Of a stretch of DNA of 64,000 bases, positions 37,827-48,081 are shown in pieces. The first letter of the stretch is position 1, and each line of letters starts with the position of its first letter. Under the pieces are notes generated by a model. It had not been told where the DNA came from and ran no database searches. It saw only the letters and a list, made by a program, of their open reading frames with translations. Origin of the DNA: Minisyncoccota bacterium (GTDB taxonomy: Bacteria; Patescibacteriota; Minisyncoccia; Phycocordibacterales; VMEP01); contig JBAZUR010000001.1 of the NCBI GenBank assembly GCA_041661305.1, forward strand, positions 387,684-451,683, given 5' to 3'. The translations under genes and the position numbers were made by a program.

Positions 37827-38699
37827 ATGGAAAAAAATATAAATCTATCCTATCTTGTAGTAACCAGAAATAAGCTTCCATACCTAAAGGTTACTTTAGA
37901 AAAATTAATTTCTCAAAAAAAAGAAGATGAGGACATTTTAGTAGCAGATGGGCAAAGTTCTGATGGTACAAAAGAATATCTTGCTGAACTAAAAAGTCTC
38001 GGGCGTATTGATTTTTATTTATCAGAACCAGACGTAAGTGTCGCTCACGCCATAAACAAGTTAATCCTAATATCAAAGGGTAGTCTTCTTCGGTTCATGG
38101 CAGATGATGATGCGTCACATTATCAATCAATAAACGCCTGTAAAGAGTTTATGATGAAACACCCTGAAATAGATCTAGTAAATACCGAGGGTGGAGTTCT
38201 TGGTTCCAATGGGAAACTTAAAGCTCTTACCTATGTAAATACTTTTAAAGAATACAAAAAAAATCACATACCATTTTCATTCTGTGAACTCGGCATGATC
38301 TTACGTCGCACCTCTATTCCACTAATAGGTCTACGAGACCCCGTATTCAAACGAGCAGATATGGAAATGTCTTTACGGATTACGTCCGGAATGGCAAAAA
38401 TTGCTTGGTATACTGGGTACTCTTACGTAAACATAGTAACCCCACAAAGTGCAAGCAAAACCCTAGCAAAAGAGATGGCGTCTGAAACCGACAGATTAAA
38501 CAAGTTCTATTTGGGAAAAAACCCAGACAATTTCTTTGTAAATAAAATTAAAATCATAAAAAATAAAGTAGGGATGATTTTATTTAAAAAAAATAATAGA
38601 ATGGTAGAGCTTGGTTCAGACTGGTTTTCGTTTCTATCTTCGTCTGAAGAGTGGCTGGAGATAAAGAATAAAGAAATAACACCTGAATTTATTTATTAA
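37827..38699 (+). CDS. Glycosyltransferase family 2
   Basis: ADGQSSDGT, SEPD, MADDD. Confidence 0.85.
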   Translation: MEKNINLSYLVVTRNKLPYLKVTLEKLISQKKEDEDILVADGQSSDGTKEYLAELKSLGRIDFYLSEPDVSVAHAINKLILISKGSLLRFMADDDASHYQSINACKEFMMKHPEIDLVNTEGGVLGSNGKLKALTYVNTFKEYKKNHIPFSFCELGMILRRTSIPLIGLRDPVFKRADMEMSLRITSGMAKIAWYTGYSYVNIVTPQSASKTLAKEMASETDRLNKFYLGKNPDNFFVNKIKIIKNKVGMILFKKNNRMVELGSDWFSFLSSSEEWLEIKNKEITPEFIY

Positions 38700-38716
38700 A
38701 ATTAGAAACACTGATT

Positions 38717-39475
38717 ATGTTATACAAAATTATTACACTGGCTAGACACAACACTCTGATCAATAGAGCCTTAAGAAAGCTAAAAAAAATAACTGGAATA
38801 AAACAAACTACTAATGCCGACTTGGTTAGGAAATATGTTAAAGGAAAATCTTTTGCTGACGTTGGCGCACTATGGGGTGTAAATGGATTAAATTCATTCA
38901 TTGCAGAAGAAAGTGGGGCAGGAAAAGTAACGGCCGTTGATATATATCCCGAGAGTCCGAAATTTATAGAAGAGAAAAATAAAAGAAATTCCAACATTGG
39001 ATTCGTTCAAGGAGATATCCATCAGTCTTCAACAACCGATGCAATTGGAGTATGTGATGTTGTGCTATGTTCTGGAGTTCTATATCACACACCAGACCCT
39101 ATTCACCTCCTCACGAGACTTCGTGCTATTTGCGGAGAAACTCTCATCTTAAATACTGCGTCAATTCCAGAAGTTCCGGGAATGAAGAACGTAGCAGTAC
39201 TATATCCATTTTTAGATGAAAACCAGAGAAAAATCTGGAACAGAAAAATGACCAGCCAAATTGGGATAACAACTCCATATGAACCAGAAGAGGGTTATGC
39301 AAACTGGTTCTGGGGAATGACCCCTAGTTCAATAGAATCAATGCTCAAATGTGCTGGATTTGAGGTGATTAAAAAATTTATATCACCCTTCGATTCAATT
39401 TTTGTTTGTAAAACTGCTCCAGTAAAATTATCTGCTTCGTCTGGGGAATGGACTCTTCCAAAATCAAGAGCATAA
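38717..39475 (+). CDS. Class I SAM-dependent methyltransferase
   Basis: FADVGA, VTAVD, DVVLCSGVLYH. Confidence 0.85.
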   Translation: MLYKIITLARHNTLINRALRKLKKITGIKQTTNADLVRKYVKGKSFADVGALWGVNGLNSFIAEESGAGKVTAVDIYPESPKFIEEKNKRNSNIGFVQGDIHQSSTTDAIGVCDVVLCSGVLYHTPDPIHLLTRLRAICGETLILNTASIPEVPGMKNVAVLYPFLDENQRKIWNRKMTSQIGITTPYEPEEGYANWFWGMTPSSIESMLKCAGFEVIKKFISPFDSIFVCKTAPVKLSASSGEWTLPKSRA

Positions 39476-39527
39476 CCTGTTTCAATAGAAGGTTTATATT
39501 CTAAAAAACTTGATTTTTCTATGTCTA

Positions 39528-40064
39528 TTACTTCTCGTTATAATAATCCCCGTATTCCACCAAGATAGTACTTTTACCGTCCTCTCTTTCTAGGGCCTTT
39601 TTGTACGCAGGAAAAATATCTTCTGGTTCTTCAAGACGAATTATCTCAACATTTGGACACATCAGACGAAACGCTTCGGTATAATCACCTATGTGCTGAA
39701 ACTGTGGGTGCATAGGGCGGACAGAACCAATGCCGGTACGTATAATAACTTTTGGCTGATAGCCTCCGTTTGACATAATAGACAATTTGTCTAAATGATT
39801 AACCAGCTGGTTTGTTCCTACAAGCAAAAAATTCCACCTTGGGAAAATACTTACTGGGACGTGCCCAGCTAACGCAAGCCCGATAGACATTCCCATCTGC
39901 ATTTCCTCAGCAACTGGAAGTTCTAAAAGTTTTTCTTTTGGAACATTTTTAAGTGTTGTGGTCATTGCAGTTCCTGGACACGCCACTGCCTGCCCAATAA
40001 AAAAAGACCTTTCATCTTGTGCAATCATTTCCATCGCGCGACTAAGTTCTTCAAAATATTTCAT
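39528..40064 (-). CDS. TPP-dependent enzyme, E1-beta/transketolase pyrimidine-binding subunit (short)
   Basis: FIGQAV, ELPVAEEMQMGMSIGLAL, PQFQH. Confidence 0.85.
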   Translation of the reverse strand: MKYFEELSRAMEMIAQDERSFFIGQAVACPGTAMTTTLKNVPKEKLLELPVAEEMQMGMSIGLALAGHVPVSIFPRWNFLLVGTNQLVNHLDKLSIMSNGGYQPKVIIRTGIGSVRPMHPQFQHIGDYTEAFRLMCPNVEIIRLEEPEDIFPAYKKALEREDGKSTILVEYGDYYNEK

Positions 40065-40067
40065 AAG

Positions 40068-40706
40068 TTAAAATTGAACACGCTCCCCTGCCCCAGCGTG
40101 AGGATATTTAGTTTGGTATTTATAATAAACCACATTAGGATTTTTAGAATCTTCGTATGTAAGTTTATCTTGCTTCCATGTGCTAAGTGTCTCTGTACAC
40201 ACAGATTTTCCATTGTCTTCAATAATAAAACGTATTGGCAAATCATGGTTTGTCGCGTATTTAATGCACTCATGTGCTATGCCTGTCTCTGATGTCATGT
40301 CTCCCATAAAACAATGAACTTTATTTTTTCCTCCACTTCTTTTAATCCCCATTGCAACCCCAACTGCAATAGGAAGAATCCCACCAACGATTGCAGAAGA
40401 AACTATTCTCTGTTCTGGGAAACATAGTGATATTGATCTATTTGCGAGAATTTCTTCGCGAAGCCTATCTTCCGGCACCCCCTTTAAAAGACACTGATAA
40501 TGACTTCGCCAAGAACACATCACCCAATCTTCCTCTTTAACATCACGGAATACTTCTATTATTTCCTTTTCATTTCCATAATAAAGATGTACAGGGGAAG
40601 GAATTTTTGCAGAATTAAATAAATCCGCAATTTCTGTTTCAAAATTAATTAAATCTTCTGGGGTTAATTCTTTCCCTTTCTGAAAAGGTGTCTGGTTTGT
40701 ATCCAT
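40068..40706 (-). CDS. TPP-dependent enzyme, E1-alpha-like subunit (short)
   Basis: PVHL..GNE, WRSHY, IVGG, TPP-binding GD...EDN motif. Confidence 0.88.
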   Translation of the reverse strand: MDTNQTPFQKGKELTPEDLINFETEIADLFNSAKIPSPVHLYYGNEKEIIEVFRDVKEEDWVMCSWRSHYQCLLKGVPEDRLREEILANRSISLCFPEQRIVSSAIVGGILPIAVGVAMGIKRSGGKNKVHCFMGDMTSETGIAHECIKYATNHDLPIRFIIEDNGKSVCTETLSTWKQDKLTYEDSKNPNVVYYKYQTKYPHAGAGERVQF

Positions 40707-40772
40707 AATTTACGATTATATCATAACGTATATATTTAAAAACAAATGTTCTTTCTTTGGTATTTAAGCAAT

Positions 40773-40809
40773 AAAAAAAACCGCACATGACGAGATGCAA
40801 CATGTGCGG
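40773..40809 (-). terminator. Intrinsic terminator after the radical SAM gene
   Basis: ccgcacatg/catgtgcgg stem followed on the minus strand by eight U. Confidence 0.75.
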
Positions 40810-40828
40810 CTTAAGTTCCTTCTGAAAA

Positions 40829-42370
40829 CTACCCCCCTGGAGTGAGGTCCCCAAGAATCTTACGCTTCAAGTGAAAACCAAGTAGTCCTTCGATGGTTTT
40901 GCGCTGTTCCAAACCAAACCTTTTTTCCACCAAAGAGAGGAAAGCAGGGTTGGAATGATAGATGTCCCATGCTTCATCGCGGAACCTTAAAACTTCCGCG
41001 GATGTGCAATGTTTTGTGGGCATCGGTTGGCAATGATAAGAAAGGAATCCAAAGCCGGCATAAGAATCCGGCAAAACAATCCCCTTCTTCTTTGCCTCGA
41101 CATAGAGAGAACTCCCCGGCAATGCCATGCACGGATACATATTCGCTTCTTCCGTGTTAAGCTCCATCGCAAGCTCGAGTGTCTCCTGCATCGTTCCGAC
41201 TGAATCTTCCGGCAGGCCAAAGATATAGTTCGCGATAACGTTAATATCATGATCGCGGACCGTCTTCACAACTTCACGGATATTCACATCCTTGAAAGTC
41301 CCTTTCGAAACTTCCTTGCGGACATTTTGGTTCCCCGACTCAACCCCGAGAGCAAGCCAATCAATGCCTGCCCTTTTGAAAAGGTCGAGATACCGCGACT
41401 GGACGCTGTCGACGCGAGCATATGCCCACATGCGAAGTCCCAGCTCTCTTTCAACAACAAAGTTGAGAAGCGGTTCGAAATATTTCCTTTGCAGGAAAAA
41501 CATCTCATCGGAAATCCTAACCGTCCTGACGCCCATCTTGGAAAGCTTTTCGAGCTCGCCTGCGATGAAACCCGGCGACCAAAAACGCATCCCGGGTGAA
41601 TCCGCCGCGGAAATATCGTCGCCGTTATTGTTACGGTTTACGATGTTGATCATGCAGAAATTACAGCGAAACTGACAGCCCAGTGAGGTATAGATAGCGG
41701 CGAACGGACTCCGGTTGTTTTGATTGAAGCCAGCGTGCCAAATGTGCGCACGATACATATCCAACGGCTTTTCACGATAAGGCAGAAGATCCCACGCGTA
41801 GCCTGGCAAGTCTTCGTCCATTCTTTCTTGCGGAACGACCTGTTCGGGTGGATTCAGGATGGAGGCTCCTCCTGTCTTGAATCCAATTCCCCTCACAGTA
41901 AAAAACGATGATTTTTCCAGGTCGGTCCGAAGAAGATTGTGAAGTGCGTAAACGCCTTCGTTCAAGAGAACGATGTCGACACAATCAAGTGCGAGAACTT
42001 CGCGTGGCAAAGCACTGACATGAGACCCAACAAAGCATGTTGGGTATTCCGGGAACTCGTGTTTCAAGGCTTCGCCCAAAAGCTCCGCTCCAGCCATACT
42101 GGCTGTACCAGAGTTGGGATTCTGCCCGTACATCACGAAACAAACCAGACGTGGTTTCATGTCGTCAATGCGTTTAACCGCTTCATCGACAGAGAGGTGC
42201 TCGGCGCCACAATCAAGAATCGCGACACCAAAACCTTTCGCCCGACAACTTTGGGCCAACAAAAGCGCCCAGGTTGGCGGTTCAATTGCTGTGTATTTTT
42301 CACTCAACCCCTGATAAGCCTGAAAGGACGAATCGGGATTAACAAACAAAACGTCTAATTTTTTATCCAC
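40829..42370 (-). CDS. Cobalamin-binding radical SAM enzyme
   Basis: N-terminal B12-binding-like domain; SLGCQFRCNFC (CxxxCxxC); GVESG, YIFGLP. Confidence 0.93.
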   Translation of the reverse strand: MDKKLDVLFVNPDSSFQAYQGLSEKYTAIEPPTWALLLAQSCRAKGFGVAILDCGAEHLSVDEAVKRIDDMKPRLVCFVMYGQNPNSGTASMAGAELLGEALKHEFPEYPTCFVGSHVSALPREVLALDCVDIVLLNEGVYALHNLLRTDLEKSSFFTVRGIGFKTGGASILNPPEQVVPQERMDEDLPGYAWDLLPYREKPLDMYRAHIWHAGFNQNNRSPFAAIYTSLGCQFRCNFCMINIVNRNNNGDDISAADSPGMRFWSPGFIAGELEKLSKMGVRTVRISDEMFFLQRKYFEPLLNFVVERELGLRMWAYARVDSVQSRYLDLFKRAGIDWLALGVESGNQNVRKEVSKGTFKDVNIREVVKTVRDHDINVIANYIFGLPEDSVGTMQETLELAMELNTEEANMYPCMALPGSSLYVEAKKKGIVLPDSYAGFGFLSYHCQPMPTKHCTSAEVLRFRDEAWDIYHSNPAFLSLVEKRFGLEQRKTIEGLLGFHLKRKILGDLTPGG

Positions 42371-42503
42371 GATACACCTCTCTATAAGTGATTGATTTGA
42401 GTTGGGACTGTCCCATATTTAAGGAACTTTCTCTTTTAATTTTATATCACAAATTACAAAAAAAAGCAATACCTGATTGCTTTTTTATACACGTAAACAA
42501 TAA

Positions 42504-43532
42504 TTATTTAGTGGCGGTTATTTCTTTTGCAACCTCTTTACGCCAATGATTGATGAGGTGTTCCATGCTTTCTTTAAAGGTGTAGTTTGGCTCCCATCCT
42601 GTCACTTCACAAAATTTACTAGTATCAGGTATTTGAAGTGTTACATCTGATGGACGAAGTAGTGCTGGGTCTACCCTAGTTGGAATTGGTTTTTTTGCAA
42701 GAGATATTAGTGTATCTAAAAAATCACGTACGGACATTGTTGTGGTGCCTCCAATGTTGTAAGCCTCCCCTGGTTCACAGTACATAAGCGCGTCCCAATA
42801 TGCCCTCATGGCATCTCTTACGTCAATAATCGTTCTTATTGAATCAAGATTTCCGTGTACCAACTCCTTCTGTAAGCCCATTTCTATTCTAACTACTTGT
42901 CTCGCAAAAGAAGTTGCAAAAAGATCAGTTCTACGAGGGTTCAAATAAGTAAACATCCTCGTCCTTATTATCGGCATTTTATATGACTTAAAATAGCTAT
43001 AACCAAGCATATCTTGTGCCACCTTTGAAACAGCATAAGGGCTCGTTGGGCACATTGGGGTATTTTCGTTTATTGGAACATATTTTGGATCTACAACGCC
43101 ATAAACCTCCGAACTACTACAAAGTTGGATAAGCGGGTTAATTTTTGCCGCGCGAATAGCCTCAAACAGGTTTGCTGTACCCATAATATTATTATTCAAA
43201 ACAGAGAGTGGTGTTTGAAAAGACGCACGCACATTAGCATGGGCTGCCAAATGAAAAATTGCATCTGGTTTGCTTTTTTCTAGTGCCGATAAAACAGAAC
43301 TAAAATCCATAAGATCACATTCATGTAAGGTAACCTTATCTCTAATCTCGTGAAGATTGTCTGTAACCGTAGTGCTGTGCCAGCGACCCATCCCATGAAC
43401 TTCAATTTTAGGATGATTTTTAACTATATATTCGGCCAAATAACTACCCCCTGACCCCGAAATACCCGTAATCAAAACTCTTTTAATTTTTTTTAATCTT
43501 GCCTCAGATTTTTTATTTTTTTGTTGTTTCAT
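42504..43532 (-). CDS. GDP-sugar 4,6-dehydratase/reductase-like SDR
   Basis: TGISGSGGSYLAE, HLAAHANV, SSSEVYG, SPYAVSK, HGNLDS.R. Confidence 0.9.
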   Translation of the reverse strand: MKQQKNKKSEARLKKIKRVLITGISGSGGSYLAEYIVKNHPKIEVHGMGRWHSTTVTDNLHEIRDKVTLHECDLMDFSSVLSALEKSKPDAIFHLAAHANVRASFQTPLSVLNNNIMGTANLFEAIRAAKINPLIQLCSSSEVYGVVDPKYVPINENTPMCPTSPYAVSKVAQDMLGYSYFKSYKMPIIRTRMFTYLNPRRTDLFATSFARQVVRIEMGLQKELVHGNLDSIRTIIDVRDAMRAYWDALMYCEPGEAYNIGGTTTMSVRDFLDTLISLAKKPIPTRVDPALLRPSDVTLQIPDTSKFCEVTGWEPNYTFKESMEHLINHWRKEVAKEITATK

Positions 43533-43725
43533 AATTTTTAATTATTTAATCAAGAGAATAAAATATCATGTAATGTTATGTAAAAAAAATACCTCTGTCA
43601 ATTTTACCGTCAAAAACCTTAAAGTCTTAAATTAAGTTCACGAAAATACTCGCCTTCTCATTAAGTGCCTAATTATGATATTCTATGGAATCTAACACTA
43701 AATAAGTATAAACTACGAAAATAAA

Positions 43726-44913
43726 ATGAAAAAACAGGCAAAAACTAGTAACTGGCCACTAATGTATAACAACATTTCAAAAGACGACGTTAATAAGGTT
43801 ATTTCGTTTCTATCACAAAAAAATATCCCCATCCTAACGCAATCAAAAAAAGTCAGGGAATTTGAAGAAAGTTGGTCAAAATGGCTTGGAGTTAAATATA
43901 GCGTTTTTGTAAACTCTGGAAGTTCAGCTAACCAAATTACAATGCTTGTCTTAAAAGAGCTATACGGAACAGGAGAGATAATTGTACCGCCACTAACGTG
44001 GGTATCTGACATTGCGTCAGTTCTACAAAATGGTTTTACTCCTGTGTTTTGTGATATCAACCTAACGACACTAGCGATAGATATTGAGGAAATAAAGAAA
44101 AAAATAACCCCAAAAACTCGCGCCATCTTTTTAACTCATATTCTTGGGTATAATGGACTTACCCAAGAACTATTAGATTTATGCAAAAAAAAGAAAATAA
44201 TACTAATTGAAGACACCTGTGAATCACACGGGGCAACCTTTAAAAATAAAAAGTGTGGATCCTTTGGTTTAGTATCTAATTTTTCTTTTTACTACGCACA
44301 TCACCTATCTTCAGTTGAAGGTGGTATGGTTTGCACAAATGACGAAAAAATATATCAATACGCAAGGATGTTTAGGTCACATGGAATGGTTCGTGAAAGC
44401 ACAAATGAAAAAATAAAAAAAGATTACGCAAAAAAATACAAAGATTTAAATACAGATTTTATATTCTCATCTCCTGCCTACAATATGAGAAATGGCGAAA
44501 TTAACGCCGTTATGGCGTTAAACCAATTGAAAAGATTGGACAAAAACAACAAAACAAGAAAAGACAACTTAAAAATTTTCCTAAAAAACCTCGACTCCAA
44601 AAAATACTTCACAAACTTTAACCAAACCGGTAATTCTAATTACGCCTTTACCCTACTTTTAAATAATCCTGACTTTAAAAAGAGAGATCTAATAGAAAAA
44701 ACATTAAAAGAAAACGGTGTAGAATTTAGAAGAGGAATGTCTGGCGGTGGAAACCAGCTAATGCAACCTTACTTAAGAAAATTGTTTGGTAATGAATATT
44801 TAAATTACCCAAACACAAACCACGTTCACCATTTTGGGTGGTATATTGGAAACTACCCAGACCTAAATAAAGATCTAATTCCTAAGCTGTGTAAAATGTT
44901 AAACTCTATATGA
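43726..44913 (+). CDS. DegT-family PLP/PMP enzyme of the ColD/E1 3-dehydratase type
   Basis: VNSGSSAN, EDTCESHGA; FSFYYAHH has His where DegT aminotransferases have the Schiff-base Lys. Confidence 0.85.
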   Translation: MKKQAKTSNWPLMYNNISKDDVNKVISFLSQKNIPILTQSKKVREFEESWSKWLGVKYSVFVNSGSSANQITMLVLKELYGTGEIIVPPLTWVSDIASVLQNGFTPVFCDINLTTLAIDIEEIKKKITPKTRAIFLTHILGYNGLTQELLDLCKKKKIILIEDTCESHGATFKNKKCGSFGLVSNFSFYYAHHLSSVEGGMVCTNDEKIYQYARMFRSHGMVRESTNEKIKKDYAKKYKDLNTDFIFSSPAYNMRNGEINAVMALNQLKRLDKNNKTRKDNLKIFLKNLDSKKYFTNFNQTGNSNYAFTLLLNNPDFKKRDLIEKTLKENGVEFRRGMSGGGNQLMQPYLRKLFGNEYLNYPNTNHVHHFGWYIGNYPDLNKDLIPKLCKMLNSI

Positions 44914-45866
44914 TAATAGTAAAATCACCGCTTAGAATATCTTTTTTTGGTGGATCTACAGATTATGAATCTTTTTACAAAGAACATGGTTCTTTTATTA
45001 TCGGCACCACGATTGATAAATATATATGGCTCTCCGCCAGATATAGACCTAAAATTCTACCAAAAGAACACTCGATAGCTTACTCTAAACTTGAGGTGGT
45101 TTCGTCTTTTGAAGAGGTGCAAAATCCCCTTATTAGAGAAGTTCTAAAATACCACGATATACGCAATCATATTGATTTCACCTCCTCGGCAGACGTTCCC
45201 TCTAGGACGGGACTAGGTGGTTCATCCTCTTTTTGTGCTGGGATGATACACCTTATGAAAAATCTAAAGGGGGAGTTTTCAGAAAAAAAAGATATCGCAA
45301 AAACAGCTATTCATATCGAGAGAAACATCTTAAAAGAAAGTGGTGGTATTCAAGATCAAATATGGGCAGCATATGGAGGATTTAACACCATAAAAATAGA
45401 TAGGAACGGGGACTTTGAAGTTACTCCTATTCCTGTTTCAGATAAATTTAAACGAGAACTTGAGGAGTCTATTGTCCTAATTTACACAAACGACCAAAGA
45501 AACCAAAACGAAATAGCTCAGTCTCATGAAAATAAAGACAAAAAAAAGATACTGGACTTATCTCTAAAAGCTTATGATTATTTTATAAAAGAAGACATAA
45601 GGGGTATTGGGGAATTGTTACTAGAGTCGTGGAATGAAAAACGTAAAATATCATCACTTATCTCTACTGAAAAAATAGATAAAATGGCGGAAAAAGTTAT
45701 GAGTATGGGCGCCTACGGAATAAAGCTTCTCGGTAGTGGTGGCTGTGGTTTCCTGATGGTGATATGCAATAGTGATGTTAAAAAGAAAATAGTAGAAGAA
45801 TTTAAAGAAAATATCCTCGAATTTAAATTTGAAGACAAGGGTACTTCGATTGTGTATCCAAACTAA
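44910..45866 (+). CDS. hddA: GHMP kinase, D-glycero-alpha-D-manno-heptose-7-P kinase-like
   Basis: PLRISFFGGSTD, PSRTGLGGSSS, GIQDQ, KLLGSGGCGF. Confidence 0.85.
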   Translation: MIIVKSPLRISFFGGSTDYESFYKEHGSFIIGTTIDKYIWLSARYRPKILPKEHSIAYSKLEVVSSFEEVQNPLIREVLKYHDIRNHIDFTSSADVPSRTGLGGSSSFCAGMIHLMKNLKGEFSEKKDIAKTAIHIERNILKESGGIQDQIWAAYGGFNTIKIDRNGDFEVTPIPVSDKFKRELEESIVLIYTNDQRNQNEIAQSHENKDKKKILDLSLKAYDYFIKEDIRGIGELLLESWNEKRKISSLISTEKIDKMAEKVMSMGAYGIKLLGSGGCGFLMVICNSDVKKKIVEEFKENILEFKFEDKGTSIVYPN

Positions 45867-45908
45867 TTTAATTGAAAGGTTTTTGTTTTGAATATATAAT
45901 AAAAAAAT

Positions 45909-46847
45909 ATGAAAAAAATACTTGTAACTGGTGGGGCGGGATATATAGGAGCAGTTTTAGTTCCAGATTTACTTAAGGCTGGACACGAGGTCACCGTAAT
46001 CGATAATTTTCTTTTTAAACAGTCGCCACTTCTTGATGTCTGTAATTACAAAACCTTAAAAATTATCCGAGGAGACGCAAGAAACGAGTCATTGATTAAG
46101 GAGCATATTGCCGACAAGGATTATATAATACCGCTCGCCTGTTTAGTTGGTGCCCCCCTATGCGACCAGGACCCACTAAGCGCTACAAGTATAAACCGCG
46201 ACGCAATTCTAATGCTCCTTAAACTTCGCACCCCAGAACAAAAAATAATTTTCCCGAACACAAATAGTGGTTATGGGCGAATGGAGGAAGGGGTTGCGTA
46301 CTGCGACGAAAACAGTCCACTTGAACCAGTCTCACTTTACGGAAGATTAAAAGTTGAAACAGAAAAGGCCCTTCTTGAAGCGGGCAATGCTATTACATTT
46401 AGACTTGCAACAGTTTGTGGGGTTAGTCCAAGAATGCGCATGGACTTACTTGTAAATGATTTCGTATATCGAGCCATAACAGACCGCGCTGTTGTTTTGT
46501 TTGAGCCACACTTTAAAAGAAACTACATACACGTAAGAGATGTCTCACGTGCCTTCCTCCACGCAATTGAGAACTTTGAGAGCATGAAGAATCAAACATA
46601 TAATGTTGGTCTATCAGATGCGAACCTAAGCAAATCTGAATTGTGTGAAAAAATCAAAGAACAATTACCTAAATTTGTATTTATTGAGTCCCCTATTGGT
46701 GAAGATCCAGACAAAAGAAATTACGTAATTAGTAATGAAAAAATAGAAAAGACTGGATTCATGCCACAAGTATCGATAGAAAATGCTATAACTGAACTAA
46801 TAAAAGGTTACCAAGTGGTTAGAAAAAACCAGTTTTCTAACGTTTAA
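45909..46847 (+). CDS. NAD-dependent epimerase/dehydratase
   Basis: TGGAGYIG, YGRLK, RLATVCGVSPRMRMDL. Confidence 0.92.
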   Translation: MKKILVTGGAGYIGAVLVPDLLKAGHEVTVIDNFLFKQSPLLDVCNYKTLKIIRGDARNESLIKEHIADKDYIIPLACLVGAPLCDQDPLSATSINRDAILMLLKLRTPEQKIIFPNTNSGYGRMEEGVAYCDENSPLEPVSLYGRLKVETEKALLEAGNAITFRLATVCGVSPRMRMDLLVNDFVYRAITDRAVVLFEPHFKRNYIHVRDVSRAFLHAIENFESMKNQTYNVGLSDANLSKSELCEKIKEQLPKFVFIESPIGEDPDKRNYVISNEKIEKTGFMPQVSIENAITELIKGYQVVRKNQFSNV

Positions 46848-46857
46848 AACAATAAAC

Positions 46858-47286
46858 ATGATAATAGGAATAGTATCTGGCTATTTTAACCCATTACACT
46901 ATGGGCATGTTGAATATATAAACGGAGCAAAAAAACACTCAGATAAACTTATTTGTATAATAAACAGCGACAAACAAGTAGCGCTAAAAGGTTCTTTTCC
47001 ATTCATGGACGAAGATCATCGAGCTAAAATAATCAGCAACTTAAAATCTGTTGATGAAATATTCATATCAATAGATAAAGACAAAACACAATGTGAATCA
47101 CTAAAATACCTTAGAAATAAGTATCCAAAAGAAAATTTAATATTTTTCAATAGTGGTGACAGAAAAGAAGGCAACTTAGAAACTAGCGAGGCCACAGTTT
47201 GTAAAAACTTAAATATCAAATTTCAGATTTTAGATTTACCAAAAATATATTCTTCGAGTGATCTTTTAAAAAAAAGTGGCATCTAA
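46858..47286 (+). CDS. HxGH adenylyl/cytidylyltransferase family protein
   Basis: SGYFNPLHYGH, FNSGDR, YSSS. Confidence 0.9.
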   Translation: MIIGIVSGYFNPLHYGHVEYINGAKKHSDKLICIINSDKQVALKGSFPFMDEDHRAKIISNLKSVDEIFISIDKDKTQCESLKYLRNKYPKENLIFFNSGDRKEGNLETSEATVCKNLNIKFQILDLPKIYSSSDLLKKSGI

Positions 47287-47312
47287 CCTGGATGCAAAAG
47301 TAGTATTAAAAA

Positions 47313-48077
47313 ATGAAATCACTCTTAAAAAAAATCCCGCTATTAAAATACGCTGTAATTTTTATTCGTATTTTTTCCGTAAAGCCGAATTTTTTTGAAC
47401 GCCTCCGCGCATTTATCCATTTTTTACTTGACTATCATCTATTTAAAAAAAGTGGGAAAAACAAGAACTACAAATTAAGCACTGAGGACTTATTTCCTAG
47501 AATTTACGACAAAACCACGTTAACCAATATTGACCCAATATATTTTCTGCAAAATACTTGGTGTGCAAAAAAAATTTTTGAAAATAAACCAACAAGACAC
47601 TATGACGTTGGGTCTCAGGCACTTATGGTTGGGATAATATCTCAATTTGTCCCAACAACGATGATAGACATTAGACCTCTCTCCATTTCACTTCAGGATT
47701 TATTTTTTATCAAAGGAAGTATTACGGAATTGCCTTTCAGGGATAATGAGATTACGTCTCTTAGCTCAATTTGTGTCCTCGAACACATTGGGCTTGGGCG
47801 CTATGGTGACCCTATAGACCAGTTTGGTTCAGAAAAATCAGCAAAAGAATTAATTCGCGTTCTTGCAGATAATGGCAATCTTTATATTTCTGTCCCAGTT
47901 GACACTGAAAATAAGATTTACTTTAACGCTCATCGCGCCTTTACCCGTGACTATGTTTTAGAATTATTTAAGCCATTAAAACTAGTTGAAGAAAAATATA
48001 TTTACGGAAATGACTTAATTAACGACTATTCCCCTACTAGAGGATTTGGAACTGGTCTATACCACCTTAAAAAGTAA
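47313..48077 (+). CDS. Methyltransferase-like protein (DUF268-like)
   Basis: HYDVGS, IDIRP, LEHIGLGRYGDPID, FNAHR. Confidence 0.82.
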   Translation: MKSLLKKIPLLKYAVIFIRIFSVKPNFFERLRAFIHFLLDYHLFKKSGKNKNYKLSTEDLFPRIYDKTTLTNIDPIYFLQNTWCAKKIFENKPTRHYDVGSQALMVGIISQFVPTTMIDIRPLSISLQDLFFIKGSITELPFRDNEITSLSSICVLEHIGLGRYGDPIDQFGSEKSAKELIRVLADNGNLYISVPVDTENKIYFNAHRAFTRDYVLELFKPLKLVEEKYIYGNDLINDYSPTRGFGTGLYHLKK

Positions 48078-48081
48078 TAAA

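Noticed and set aside
39528-40706. Pseudogenised pyruvate dehydrogenase E1
   Set aside because: Both short ORFs are intact and 3 nt apart, and I saw no stranded C-terminal remnants; the context is sugar biosynthesis.
40969-42358. Many overlapping ORFs across the radical SAM gene
   Set aside because: Expected by-product of higher GC content and fewer stop codons.
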